A stretch of DNA of 64,000 nt from Eledone cirrhosa (taxonomy: Eukaryota): the NCBI GenBank assembly GCA_964016885.1, contig OZ024748.1, forward strand, positions 35,340,001 to 35,404,000, written 5' to 3'. Made by a program: the position numbers and the translations under genes. Of the stretch, positions 12,021 through 27,100 are shown one piece after another. Position 1 is the first letter of the stretch. The number at the start of each line of letters is the position of its first letter. The notes under the pieces are model-generated. The model saw only the letters and a list, made by a program, of their open reading frames with translations. It did no database searches and had not been told where the DNA came from.

Positions 12021-14303
12021 TCATCATCATCATCATCATCACCGTTTTACGTCCGTTCTTCCACGCTAGCATGGGTTAGACGGGTTGTCCTGTTGTGGGC
12101 AGTGTCTGGTCGGCTGACCATGCCTTGCTCATACAGGAACTGATCTGGCTTGATTTCTACAGCTGGATGCCCTTCCTAACACCAACCTCATTTACAGTGA
12201 GTGCTGGGTGCTTTTTCGTGGCGCCTACACGTCCACTTTACAGTGTGGGCTGGGTGCTTTTTTGCCGTGGCACCTCCACGACCATCTTGCGGTTGGGGGG
12301 GGGGGGGGCATATTGTTTATATGCTTCAGCATGTACCCATGGGAGGTCGGGTACCCTGTATTACTGCGTGACGCCAGAAGTCACGGCCGTGTGTCATTGA
12401 CTTTGAGAGGTGTAGTTGGGTAAGGTCGGCTTTTATCACCTCATCCCAAGTCATCTTGGGTCTCCCCACTCCGCGGTTTCCATCAACTTCTAGTGCTCTG
12501 CACCTTTTTATGCAGCTGTCATCCTTCATACGCATCACATGTCCATACCAGCGTAACCGCCTCTCCTGCACACAGCATTTGATTCCTCTTATGCTCAGTC
12601 TCTCTCTCAATTCCTTTATGCTTTGTCGTTCACGTATATTACTGTTACACATCCATCGGAGCATGCAGGCTTCGTTTCTCTCTAATCTACGTAAGTCTTC
12701 CACCTTCAGCGCCCAGGTCTCACTACCATGCAACATCGCTGTTCGGATACACGCATCATACAGTCTGCTTTTCATTCTGAGGGAGAAGCCTTTTGCAGCT
12801 AGCAGTGGTAGTAGTTCCCTAAACTTCTTCCATCCCGTTCTTACCCTAGTTATTGTACTTTCTGAGCACCCACCTCCGTTGCTAATTCGGTCACCTAGGT
12901 AGCAGAAGCTGTCTACTGTTTCTACAGGGCCCTCCCAGAGATTGGTGGTACTTGTTTCCTGTGGCTGTTTGCTTGCTGTTTCAGCACAGCTGCTGCATGT
13001 GAATCCTACATTCTTAATTAAGCTTCCTGAGATCCCGCTACATCTCTTGTGTACCCATTGTTTGCATTTGGGGCAGAGAATGGAGTTTCTACCTACACCT
13101 TTCCTACATACTGAGCAAGGCCATTTCCCTGAGGGGATCTGGGTTCTGTTTTCTCGTCTACTTATAAGGACCTTAGTCTTTGTCATGTTGACTTTGAGGC
13201 CCTTTCTCTCTAGTCCCTGCTTCCAGGTTTGGAATTTATTCTCTAGTTCTACCATAGATTCAGCTATGAGTGCGAGGTCATCAGCATACAGGAGTTCCCA
13301 TGGGCATCCGGTCTTAAACTCCTCCGTTATTGCCTGCAGGACTATGATGAACAGGAGAGGGCTAAGAACAGAGCCCTGGTGGACCCCAACCTGTACGCTA
13401 AATTCCTCGCTATACTCATTGCCAATCCTAACTTTGCTGACTGCTCCCCTATACATGGCTTGTACCGCTTTCACAAGCCATTCATCTACTCCTAGTTTTC
13501 TAAGAGCCCACCAGATTACTGCACGTGGAACTCTGTCAAAGGCTTTCTCAAGGTCGACAAATGCCAAGTAGAGTGGCTTACTTTTAGCTAGGTACTTTTC
13601 CTGTAATTGCCTCACAAGGAAGAGGGCATCAGTGGTGCCTTTCCCTGGTACAAACCCAAATTGCATCTCGTCTATATTCACCCGGTCCCTAATCAGCTGT
13701 GCTATAACTCTTTCTGTTACTTTCATGACCTGGTCCATCAACTTTATACCTCTATAGTTTCCTCTATCTAGTGCATCGCCTTTACCTTTGTAGCAGTTGA
13801 CAATGATGCTACTGCACCAATCTTTTGGTATGGCCCCCTCTAGTATTACCTGGTTAACGATACGTGTGGTTATAGTGTGACCTACAGACCCAGATGCCTT
13901 CAGCATCTCGGCAGCTATACCCGATGGACCGGTTGCCTTCCCTATCTTCATATCTCTGATTGCCTTACTTACTACGCTGCCGCTGACTTGTACTGCTGGT
14001 CCCTCTATAGGGTCTACGTGGGGTAGGGTCTCTTCTTCCCATGCATTCTCCTCATTTAGTAATCTATCATAATGACTCTTCCATGCATCTTTCTTCTCAG
14101 CACTTGTGAGGGCAAGCTCACCTTTATCATTCCGGATACACTTCTCTCCAATGACATCACAACTATCTCTGACACACTGCCTCGCAATCTTGAATACCTC
14201 CTGTTTCTGGTCCTCACGTTGTAAAACATGCTTGAATTTTCTATCCTCTGCTTCCCTCCTAGCTAAGTATACTTGTCGCCTAGCTTCCCTCTTGGTCTCT
14301 ATG
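12021..14303 (-). mobile_element. RTE LINE copy 2 (different subfamily), 5'-truncated; open ORF 12326-~14300 and ~300-bp 3' UTR
   Basis: Same RT motifs as copy 1 (FVDLEKAFD, YADD, FCYLG). The frame stays open upstream of the annotated Met (DAWKSHYDRLLNEENAW). (GAT)n tail at 12021-12040. Confidence 0.95.
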
Positions 14304-14456
14304 TAATGTATATAATATATTATTAGTATTATATATAATAGTATTATATATAATATATATAATATATATAATAAATATAATATAATATATATATATAATA
14401 TATATTATATATATAATATATATATATATATATTATATAATATATATAATATTATA

Positions 14457-14499
<43 letters not shown>

Positions 14500-14516
14500 A
14501 TATATATAATATTATA

Positions 14517-14553
<37 letters not shown>

Positions 14554-14570
14554 ATATATATAATATTATA

Positions 14571-14613
<43 letters not shown>

Positions 14614-14620
14614 ATATATA

Positions 14621-14693
<73 letters not shown>

Positions 14694-15103
14694 CCACACG
14701 CCCTTGCACATCACATGTATGTAATCAATGGAATATATGATGTATATACAAACTCAAACAAATGTGGATGATTGTGAATACGTACACACACAAACACACA
14801 CACACACACACATACATATAAACACACACAAACACACACACACACACACACACACACATACGGCAGGTCCTGTCTACCAAATTCTATTAATAAAAGCAAA
14901 ATATTGGTTAACTCCATGTTAAAACATTTTACTCAATGAGGCAGGCAGAGGTATCGAACTGGACATCTTGATCATACAGTGATACCAGTGTCTGAGCTGG
15001 ATATGTAAGTTTACCTGGGTATGAGGTGTGGCATGATTTTAGGGCTTTCATGACTTTTCCAATGACATTAGTAACGTGGTGTATAGGCACAAAAAATAGC
15101 TTC

Positions 15104-18100
15104 TAGATGGGAATTGAAACCAGCTGTCTATTACCACAGGATAGATGGGAATTGAGACCTGATCTCTATTACCACAGGATAGATGGGAATTGAGACCTGA
15201 TCTCTATTACCACAGGATAGATGGGGATTGAGACCTGATCTCTATTACCACAGGATAGATGGGGATTGAGACCTGATCTCTATTACCACAGGATAGATGG
15301 GAATTGAGACCTGATCTCTATTACCACAGGATAGATGGGAATTGAGACCTGATCTCTATTACCACAGGATAGATGGGGATTGAGACCTGATCTCTATTAC
15401 CACAGGATAGATGGGAATTGAGACCTGATCTCTATTACCACAGGATAGATGGGAATTGAAACCTGATCTCTATTACCACAGGATAGATGGGGATTGAGAC
15501 CTGATCTCTATTACCACAGGATAGATGGGAATTGAGACCTGATCTCTATTACCACACAATAGATGGGATTGAGACCTGATCTCTATTACCACAGGATAGA
15601 TGGGGATTGAGACCTGATCTCTATTACCACAGGATAGATGGGAATTGAGACCTGATCTCTATTACCACAGGATAGATGGGAATTGAAACCTGATCTCTAT
15701 TACCACAGGATAGATGGGGATTGAAACCTGATCTCTATTACCACAGGATAGATGGGAATTGAGACCTGATCTCTATTACCACAGGATAGATGGGGATTGA
15801 GACCTGATCTCTATTACCACAGGATAGATGGGAATTGAGACCTGATCTCTATTACCACAGGATAGATGGGAATTGAAACCTGATCTCTATTACCACAGGA
15901 TAGATGGGGATTGAGACCTGATCTCTATTACCACAGGATAGATGGGAATTGAGACCTGATCTCTATTACCACAGGATAGATGGGAATTGAGACCTGATCT
16001 CTATTACCACAGGATAGATGGGGATTGAGACCTGATCTCTATTACCACAGGATAGATGGGAATTGAGACCTGATCTCTATTACCACAGGATAGATGGGAA
16101 TTGAAACCTGATCTCTATTACCACAGGATAGATGGGGATTGAGACCTGATCTCTATTACCACAGGATAGATGGGAATTGAGACCTGATCTCTATTACCAC
16201 AGGATAGATGGGAATTGAAACCTGATCTCTATTACCACAGGATAGATGGGGATTGAGACCTGATCTCTATTACCACAGGATAGATGGGAATTGAGACCTG
16301 ATCTCTATTACCACAGGATAGATGGGAATTGAAACCTGATCTCTATTACCACAGAATAGATGGGATTGAGACCTGATCTCTATTACCACACAATAGATGG
16401 GATTGAAACCTGATCTCTATTACCACACAATAGATGGGATTGAAACCTGATCTCTATTACCACAGAATAGATGGGATTGAAACCTGATCTCTATTACCAC
16501 ACAATAGATGGGATTGAAACCTGATCTCTATTACCACAGAATAGATGGGATTGAGACCTGATCTCTATTACCACACAATAGATGGGATTGAAACCTGATC
16601 TCTATTACCACACAATAGATGGGATTGAAACCTGATCTCTATTACCACACAATAGATGGGATTGAAACCTGATCTCTATTACCACACAATAGATGGGATT
16701 GAAACCTGATCTCTATTACCACACAATAGATGGGAATTGAAACCTGATCTCTATTACCACACAATAGATGGGAATTGAAACCTGATCTCTATTACCACAC
16801 AATAGATGGGATTGAAACCTGATCTCTATTACCACACAATAGATGGGATTGAAACCTGATCTCTATTACCACACAATAGATGGGAATTGAAACCTGATCT
16901 CTATTACCACAGAATAGATGGGATTGAAACCTGATCTCTATTACCACAGAATAGATGGGATTGAAACCTGATCTCTATTACCACACAATAGATGGGATTG
17001 AAACTTGATCTCTATTACCACAGAATAGATGGGATTGAAACCTGATCTCTATTACCACAGAATAGATGGGATTGAAACCTGATCTCTATTACCACACAAT
17101 AGATGGGATTGAAACCTGATCTCTATTACCACACAATAGATGGGAATTGAAACCAGCTGTCTATTACCACAGAATAGATGGGAATTGAAACCAGCTGTCT
17201 ATTACCACACAATAGATGGGAATTGAAACCTGATCTCTATTACCACAGAATAGATGGGATTGAAACCTGATCTCTATTACCACAGAATAGATGGGATTGA
17301 AACCTGATCTCTATTACCACACAATAGATGGGATTGAAACCTGATCTCTATTACCACAGAATAGATGGGATTGAAACCTGATCTCTATTACCACAGAATA
17401 GATGGGATTGAAACCTGATCTCTATTACCACACAATAGATGGGATTGAAACCTGATCTCTATTACCACACAATAGATGGGAATTGAAACCAGCTGTCTAT
17501 TACCACAGAATAGATGGGAATTGAAACCAGCTGTCTATTACCACACAATAGATGGGAATTGAAACCTGATCTCTATTACCACACAATAGATGGGATTGAA
17601 ACCAGCTGTCTATTACCACACAATAGATGGGAATTGAAACCTGATCTCTATTACCACACAATAGATGGGATTGAAACCAGCTGTCTATTACCACACAATA
17701 GATGGGAATTGAAACCTGATCTCTATTACCACAGAATAGATGGGAATTGAAACCTGATCTCTATTACCACACAATAGATGGGAATTGAAACCTGATCTCT
17801 ATTACCACACAATAGATGGGAATTGAAACCTGATCTCTATTACCACACAATAGATGGGAATTGAAACCTGATCTCTATTACCACAGAATAGATGGGAATT
17901 GAAACCTGATCTCTATTACCACACAATAGATGGGGATTGAAACCTGATCTCTATTACCACACAATAGATGGGAATTGAAACCTGATCTCTATTACCACAC
18001 AATAGATGGGATTGAAACCTGATCTCTATTACCACACAATAGATGGGAATTGAAACCTGATCTCTATTACCACACAATAGATGGGAATTGAAACCAGCTG

Positions 18101-21100
18101 TCTATTACCACAGAATAGATGGGAATTGAAACCAGCTGTCTATTACCACAGAATAGATGGGAATTGAAACCAGCTGTCTATTACCACAGAATAGATGGGA
18201 ATTGAAACCTGATCTCTATTACCACACAATAGATGGGATTGAAACCTGATCTCTATTACCACACAATAGATGGGATTGAAACCTGATCTCTATTACCACA
18301 CAATAGATGGGATTGAAACCTGATCTCTATTACCACACAATAGATGGGAATTGAAACCTGATCTCTATTACCACACAATAGATGGGAATTGAAACCAGCT
18401 GTCTATTACCACAGAATAGATGGGAATTGAAACCAGCTGTCTATTACCACAGAATAGATGGGAATTGAAACCAGCTGTCTATTACCACAGAATAGATGGG
18501 AATTGAAACCAGCTGTCTATTACCACACAATAGATGGGAATTGAAACCTGATCTCTATTACCACACAATAGATGGGAATTGAAACCTGATCTCTATTACC
18601 ACACAATAGATGGGAATTGAAACCTGATCTCTATTACCACACAATAGATGGGATTGAAACCAGCTGTCTATTACCACAGAATAGATGGGAATTGAAACCA
18701 GCTGTCTATTACCACAGAATAGATGGGAATTGAAACCAGCTGTCTATTACCACAGAATAGATGGGAATTGAAACCTGATCTCTATTACCACACAATAGAT
18801 GGGATTGAAACCTGATCTCTATTACCACACAATAGATGGGATTGAAACCTGATCTCTATTACCACACAATAGATGGGAATTGAAACCTGATCTCTATTAC
18901 CACACAATAGATGGGAATTGAAACCAGCTGTCTATTACCACAGAATAGATGGGAATTGAAACCAGCTGTCTATTACCACAGAATAGATGGGAATTGAAAC
19001 CAGCTGTCTATTACCACAGAATAGATGGGAATTGAAACCTGATCTCTATTACCACACAATAGATGGGATTGAAACCTGATCTCTATTACCACACAATAGA
19101 TGGGATTGAAACCTGATCTCTATTACCACACAATAGATGGGATTGAAACCTGATCTCTATTACCACACAATAGATGGGAATTGAAACCTGATCTCTATTA
19201 CCACACAATAGATGGGAATTGAAACCAGCTGTCTATTACCAGAATAGATGGGAATTGAAACCAGCTGTCTATTACCACAGAATAGATGGGAATTGAAACC
19301 AGCTGTCTATTACCACAGAATAGATGGGAATTGAAACCTGATCTCTATTACCACACAATAGATGGGATTGAAACCTGATCTCTATTACCACACAATAGAT
19401 GGGATTGAAACCTGATCTCTATTACCACACAATAGATGGGATTGAAACCTGATCTCTATTACCACACAATAGATGGGAATTGAAACCTGATCTCTATTAC
19501 CACACAATAGATGGGAATTGAAACCAGCTGTCTATTACCACAGAATAGATGGGAATTGAAACCAGCTGTCTATTACCACAGAATAGATGGGAATTGAAAC
19601 CAGCTGTCTATTACCACAGAATAGATGGGAATTGAAACCAGCTGTCTATTACCACACAATAGATGGGAATTGAAACCTGATCTTTATTACCACACAATAG
19701 ATGGGAATTGAAACCTGATCTCTATTACCACACAATAGATGGGAATTGAAACCTGATCTCTATTACCACACAATAGATGGGATTGAAACCAGCTGTCTAT
19801 TACCACAGAATATATGGGAATTGAAACCAGCTGTCTATTACCACAGAATAGATGGGAATTGAAACCAGCTGTCTATTACCACACAATAGATGGGAATTGA
19901 AACCTGATCTCTATTACCACACAATAGATGGGAATTGAAACCTGATCTCTATTACCACACAATAGATGGGAATTGAAACCAGCTGTCTATTACCACACAA
20001 TAGATGGGAATTGAAACCAGCTGTCTATTACCACAGAATAGATGGGATTGAAACCAGCTGTCTATTACCACAGAATAGATGGGAATTGAAACCTGATCTC
20101 TATTACCACACAATAGATGGGAATTGAAACCAGCTGTCTATTACCACACAATAGATGGGAATTGAAACCAGCTGTCTATTACCACAGAATAGATGGGAAT
20201 TGAAACCTGATCTCTATTACCACACAATAGATGGGAATTGAAACCTGATCTCTATTACCACACAATAGATGGGAATTGAAACCTGATCTCTATTACCACA
20301 GAATAGATGGGAATTGAAACCTGATCTCTATTACCACACAATAGATGGGATTGAAACCTGATCTCTATTACCACACAATAGATGGGAATTGAAACCTGAT
20401 CTCTATTACCACACAATAGATGGGAATTGAAACCTGATCTCTATTACCACACAATAGATGGGAATTGAAACCAGCTGTCTATTACCACAGAATAGATGGG
20501 AATTGAAACCTGATCTCTATTACCACACAATAGATGGGATTGAAACCTGATCTCTATTACCACACAATAGATGGGAATTGAAACCTGATCTCTATTACCA
20601 CACAATAGATGGGAATTGAAACCTGATCTCTATTACCACACAATAGATGGGAATTGAAACCAGCTGTCTATTACCACAGAATAGATGGGAATTGAAACCT
20701 GATCTCTATTACCACACAATAGATGGGATTGAAACCTGATCTCTATTACCACACAATAGATGGGAATTGAAACCTGATCTCTATTACCACACAATAGATA
20801 GGAATTGAAACCAGCTGTCTATTACCACAGAATAGATGGGAATTGAAACCTGATCTCTATTACCACACAATAGATGGGATTGAAACCTGATCTCTATTAC
20901 CACACAATAGATGGGAATTGAAACCTGATCTCTATTACCACACAATAGATGGGAATTGAAACCTGATCTCTATTACCACACAATAGATGGGAATTGAAAC
21001 CAGCTGTCTATTACCACAGAATAGATGGGAATTGAAACCTGATCTCTATTACCACACAATAGATGGGATTGAAACCTGATCTCTATTACCACACAATAGA

Positions 21101-24100
21101 TGGGAATTGAAACCTGATCTCTATTACCACACAATAGATGGGAATTGAAACCAGCTGTCTATTACCAGAATAGATGGGAATTGAAACCAGCTGTCTATTA
21201 CCACAGAATAGATGGGAATTGAAACCAGCTGTCTATTACCACAGAATAGATGGGAATTGAAACCTGATCTCTATTACCACACAATAGATGGGATTGAAAC
21301 CTGATCTCTATTACCACACAATAGATGGGATTGAAACCTGATCTCTATTACCACACAATAGATGGGATTGAAACCTGATCTCTATTACCACACAATAGAT
21401 GGGAATTGAAACCTGATCTCTATTACCACACAATAGATGGGAATTGAAACCAGCTGTCTATTACCACAGAATAGATGGGAATTGAAACCAGCTGTCTATT
21501 ACCACAGAATAGATGGGAATTGAAACCAGCTGTCTATTACCACAGAATAGATGGGAATTGAAACCAGCTGTCTATTACCACACAATAGATGGGAATTGAA
21601 ACCTGATCTTTATTACCACACAATAGATGGGAATTGAAACCTGATCTCTATTACCACACAATAGATGGGAATTGAAACCTGATCTCTATTACCACACAAT
21701 AGATGGGATTGAAACCAGCTGTCTATTACCACAGAATATATGGGAATTGAAACCAGCTGTCTATTACCACAGAATAGATGGGAATTGAAACCAGCTGTCT
21801 ATTACCACACAATAGATGGGAATTGAAACCTGATCTCTATTACCACACAATAGATGGGAATTGAAACCTGATCTCTATTACCACACAATAGATGGGAATT
21901 GAAACCAGCTGTCTATTACCACACAATAGATGGGAATTGAAACCAGCTGTCTATTACCACAGAATAGATGGGATTGAAACCAGCTGTCTATTACCACAGA
22001 ATAGATGGGAATTGAAACCTGATCTCTATTACCACACAATAGATGGGAATTGAAACCAGCTGTCTATTACCACACAATAGATGGGAATTGAAACCAGCTG
22101 TCTATTACCACAGAATAGATGGGAATTGAAACCTGATCTCTATTACCACACAATAGATGGGAATTGAAACCTGATCTCTATTACCACACAATAGATGGGA
22201 ATTGAAACCTGATCTCTATTACCACAGAATAGATGGGAATTGAAACCTGATCTCTATTACCACACAATAGATGGGATTGAAACCTGATCTCTATTACCAC
22301 ACAATAGATGGGAATTGAAACCTGATCTCTATTACCACACAATAGATGGGAATTGAAACCTGATCTCTATTACCACACAATAGATGGGAATTGAAACCAG
22401 CTGTCTATTACCACAGAATAGATGGGAATTGAAACCTGATCTCTATTACCACACAATAGATGGGATTGAAACCTGATCTCTATTACCACACAATAGATGG
22501 GAATTGAAACCTGATCTCTATTACCACACAATAGATGGGAATTGAAACCTGATCTCTATTACCACACAATAGATGGGAATTGAAACCAGCTGTCTATTAC
22601 CACAGAATAGATGGGAATTGAAACCTGATCTCTATTACCACACAATAGATGGGATTGAAACCTGATCTCTATTACCACACAATAGATGGGAATTGAAACC
22701 TGATCTCTATTACCACACAATAGATAGGAATTGAAACCAGCTGTCTATTACCACAGAATAGATGGGAATTGAAACCTGATCTCTATTACCACACAATAGA
22801 TGGGATTGAAACCTGATCTCTATTACCACACAATAGATGGGAATTGAAACCTGATCTCTATTACCACACAATAGATGGGAATTGAAACCTGATCTCTATT
22901 ACCACACAATAGATGGGAATTGAAACCAGCTGTCTATTACCACAGAATAGATGGGAATTGAAACCTGATCTCTATTACCACACAATAGATGGGATTGAAA
23001 CCTGATCTCTATTACCACACAATAGATGGGAATTGAAACCTGATCTCTATTACCACACAATAGATGGGAATTGAAACCAGCTGTCTATTACCACAGAATA
23101 GAGGGGAATTGAAACCTGATCTCTATTACCACACAATAGATGGGATTGAAACCTGATCTCTATTACCACACAATAGATGGGAATTGAAACCTGATCTCTA
23201 TTACCACACAATAGATGGGAATTGAAACCTGATCTCTATTACCACACAATAGATGGGAATTGAAACCAGCTGTCTATTACCACAGAATAGATGGGAATTG
23301 AAACCTGATCTCTATTACCACACAATAGATGGGATTGAAACCTGATCTCTATTACCACACAATAGATGGGAATTGAAACCTGATCTCTATTACCACACAA
23401 TAGATGGGAATTGAAACCTGATCTCTATTACCACACAATAGATGGGAATTGAAACCAGCTGTCTATTACCACAGAATAGATGGGAATTGAAACCTGATCT
23501 CTATTACCACACAATAGATGGGATTGAAACCTGATCTCTATTACCACACAATAGATGGGATTGAAACCTGATCTCTATTACCACACAATAGATGGGAATT
23601 GAAACCTGATCTCTATTACCACAAGAGTAGATGGGATTGAAACCTGATCTCTATTACCACACAATAGATGGGATTGAAACCTGATCTATATTACCACACA
23701 ATAGATGGGATTGAAACCTGATCTCTATTACCACACAATAGATGGGATTGAAACCTGATCTATATTACCACACAATAGATGGGATTGAAACCTGATCTCT
23801 ATTACCACACAATAGATGGGATTGAAACCTGATCTATATTACCACACAATAGATGGGATTGAAACCTGATCTCTATTACCAAAGAATAGATGGGATTGAA
23901 ACCTGATCTCTATTACCACAGAATAGATGGGATTGAAACCTGATCTCTATTACCACAGAATAGATGGGATTGAAACCTGATCTCTATTACCACACAATAG
24001 ATGGGATTGAAACCTGATCTCTATTACCACAGAATAGATGGGATTGAAACCTGATCTCTATTACCACACAATAGATGGGATTGAAACCTGATCTCTATTA

Positions 24101-27100
24101 CCACAGAATAGATGGGATTGAAACCTGATCTCTATTACCACAGAATAGATGGGATTGAAACCTGATCTCTATTACCACAGAATAGATGGGAATTGAAACC
24201 TGATCTCTATTACCACACAATAGATGGGATTGAAACCTGATCTCTATTACCACACAATAGATGTGATTGAAACCTGATCTCTATTACCACAGAATAGATG
24301 GGATTGAAACCTGATCTATATTACCACAAGAGTAGATGGGAATTGAAACCTGATCTCTATTACCACAGGGTAGATGGGAATTGAAACCTGATCTCTATTA
24401 CCACAGAATAGATGGGAATTGAAACCTGATCTTTATTACCACAGGATAGATGGGATTGAAACCTGATCTCTATTACCACAGAATAGATGGGAATTGAAAC
24501 CTGATCTATATTACCACAGAATAGATGGGAATTGAAACCTGATCTATATTACCACACAATAGATGGGATTGAAACCTGATCTCTATTACCACAGAATAGA
24601 TGGGATTGAAACCTGATCTCTATTACCACACAATAGATGGGATTGAAACCTGATCTCTATTACCACAGAATAGATGGGATTGAAACCTGATCTCTATTAC
24701 CACAGAATAGATGGGATTGAAACCTGATCTCTATTACCACAGAATAGATGGGAATTGAAACCTGATCTCTATTACCACACAATAGATGGGATTGAAACCT
24801 GATCTCTATTACCACAGAATAGATGGGAATTGAAACCTGATCTCTATTACCACAGAATAGATGGGATTGAAACCTGATCTATATTACCACACAATAGATG
24901 GGATTGAAACCTGATCTCTATTACCACAGAATAGATGGGATTGAAACCTGATCTCTATTACCACACAATAGATGGGATTGAAACCTGATCTCTATTACCA
25001 CAGAATAGATGGGAATTGAAACCTGATCTATATTACCACAGAATAGATGGGATTGAAACCTGATCTCTATTACCACAGAATAGATGGGATTGAAACCTGA
25101 TCTCTATTACCACAGAATAGATGGGATTGAAACCTGATCTCTATTACCACAGAATAGATGGGATTGAAACCTGATCTCTATTACCACAGAATAGATGGGA
25201 TTGAAACCTGATCTCTATTACCACAGAATAGATGGGATTGAAACCTGATCTCTATTACCACAGAATAGATGGGATTGAAACCTGATCTCTATTACCACAG
25301 AATAGATGGGATTGAAACCTGATCTCTATTACCACAGAATAGATGGGATTGAAACCTGATCTCTATTACCACAGAATAGATGGGATTGAAACCTGATCTC
25401 TATTACCACAGAATAGATGGGATTGAAACCTGATCTATATTACCACAAGAGTAGATGGGAATTGAAACCTGATCTCTATTACCACAGGGTAGATGGGAAT
25501 TGAAACCTGATCTCTATTACCACAGAATAGATGGGAATTGAAACCTGATCTTTATTACCACAGGATAGATGGATTGAAACCTGATCTCTATTACCACAGA
25601 ATAGATGGGAATTGAAACCTGATCTATATTACCACAGAATAGATGGGAATTGAAACCTGATCTATATTACCACACAATAGATGGGATTGAAACCTGATCT
25701 CTATTACCACAGAATAGATGGGATTGAAACCTGATCTCTATTACCACAGAATAGATGGGAATTGAAACCTGATCTCTATTACCACAGGATAGATGGGATT
25801 GAAACCTGATCTCTATTACCACAGAATAGATGGGATTGAAACCTGATCTCTATTACCACAGAATAGATGGGATTGAAACCTGATCTCTATTACCACAGGA
25901 TAGATGGGGATTGAAACCTGATCTCTATTACCACAGAATAGATGGGATTGAAACCTGATCTCTATTACCACAGAATAGATGGGATTGAAACCTGATCTCT
26001 ATTACCACAGAATAGATGGGATTGAAACCTGATCTCTATTACCACAGGATAGATGGGGATTGAAACCTGATCTCTATTACCACAGAATAGATGGGATTGA
26101 AACCTGATCTCTATTACCACAGAATAGATGGGATTGAAACCTGATCTCTATTACCACAGGATAGATGGGGATTGAAACCTGATCTCTATTACCACAGGAT
26201 AGATGGGAATTGAAACCTGATCTCTATTACCACAGAATAGATGGGAATTGAAACCTGATCTCTATTACCACAGGGTAGATGGGAATTGAAACCTGATCTC
26301 TATTACCACAGGATAGATGGGAATTGAAACCTGATCTCTATTACCACAGGATAGATGGGAATTGAAACCTGATCTCTATTACCACAGAATAGATGGGATT
26401 GAAACCTGATCTCTATTACCACAGAATAGATGGGATTGAAACCTGATCTCTATTACCACAGAATAGATGGGATTGAAACCTGATCTCTATTACCACAGAA
26501 TAGATGGGAATTGAAACCTGATCTCTATTACCACAGGGTAGATGGGAATTGAAACCTGATCTCTATTACCACAGGGTAGATGGGAATTGAAACCTGATCT
26601 CTATTACCACAAGAGTAGATGGGAATTGAAACCTGATCTCTATTACCACAAGAGTAGATGGGAATTGAAACCTGATCTCTATTACCACAAGAGTAGATGG
26701 GAATTGAAACCTGATCTCTATCACCACAAGAGTAGATGGGAATTGAAACGTGATCTCTATTACCACAAGAGTAGATGGGAATTGAAACCTGATCTCTATT
26801 ACCACAGGGTAGATGGGAATTGAAGCCTGATCTCTATTACCACAGGGTAGATGGGAATTGAAGCCTGATCTCTATTACCACAGGGTAGATGGGAATTGAA
26901 GCCTGATCTCTATTACCACAAGAGTAGATGGGAATTGAAGCCTGATCTCTATTACCACAGGATAGATGGGAATTGAGACCTGATCTCTATTACCACAGGA
27001 TAGATGGGGATTGAAACCTGATCTCTATTACCACAGGATAGATGGGGATTGACACCTGATCTCTATTACCACAGGATAGATGTGGAATTGAAACCTGATC

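Noticed and set aside
10124-14306. Plus-strand ORFs overlapping the RTE elements
   Set aside because: Antisense shadows of the RT ORFs with no recognisable motifs.
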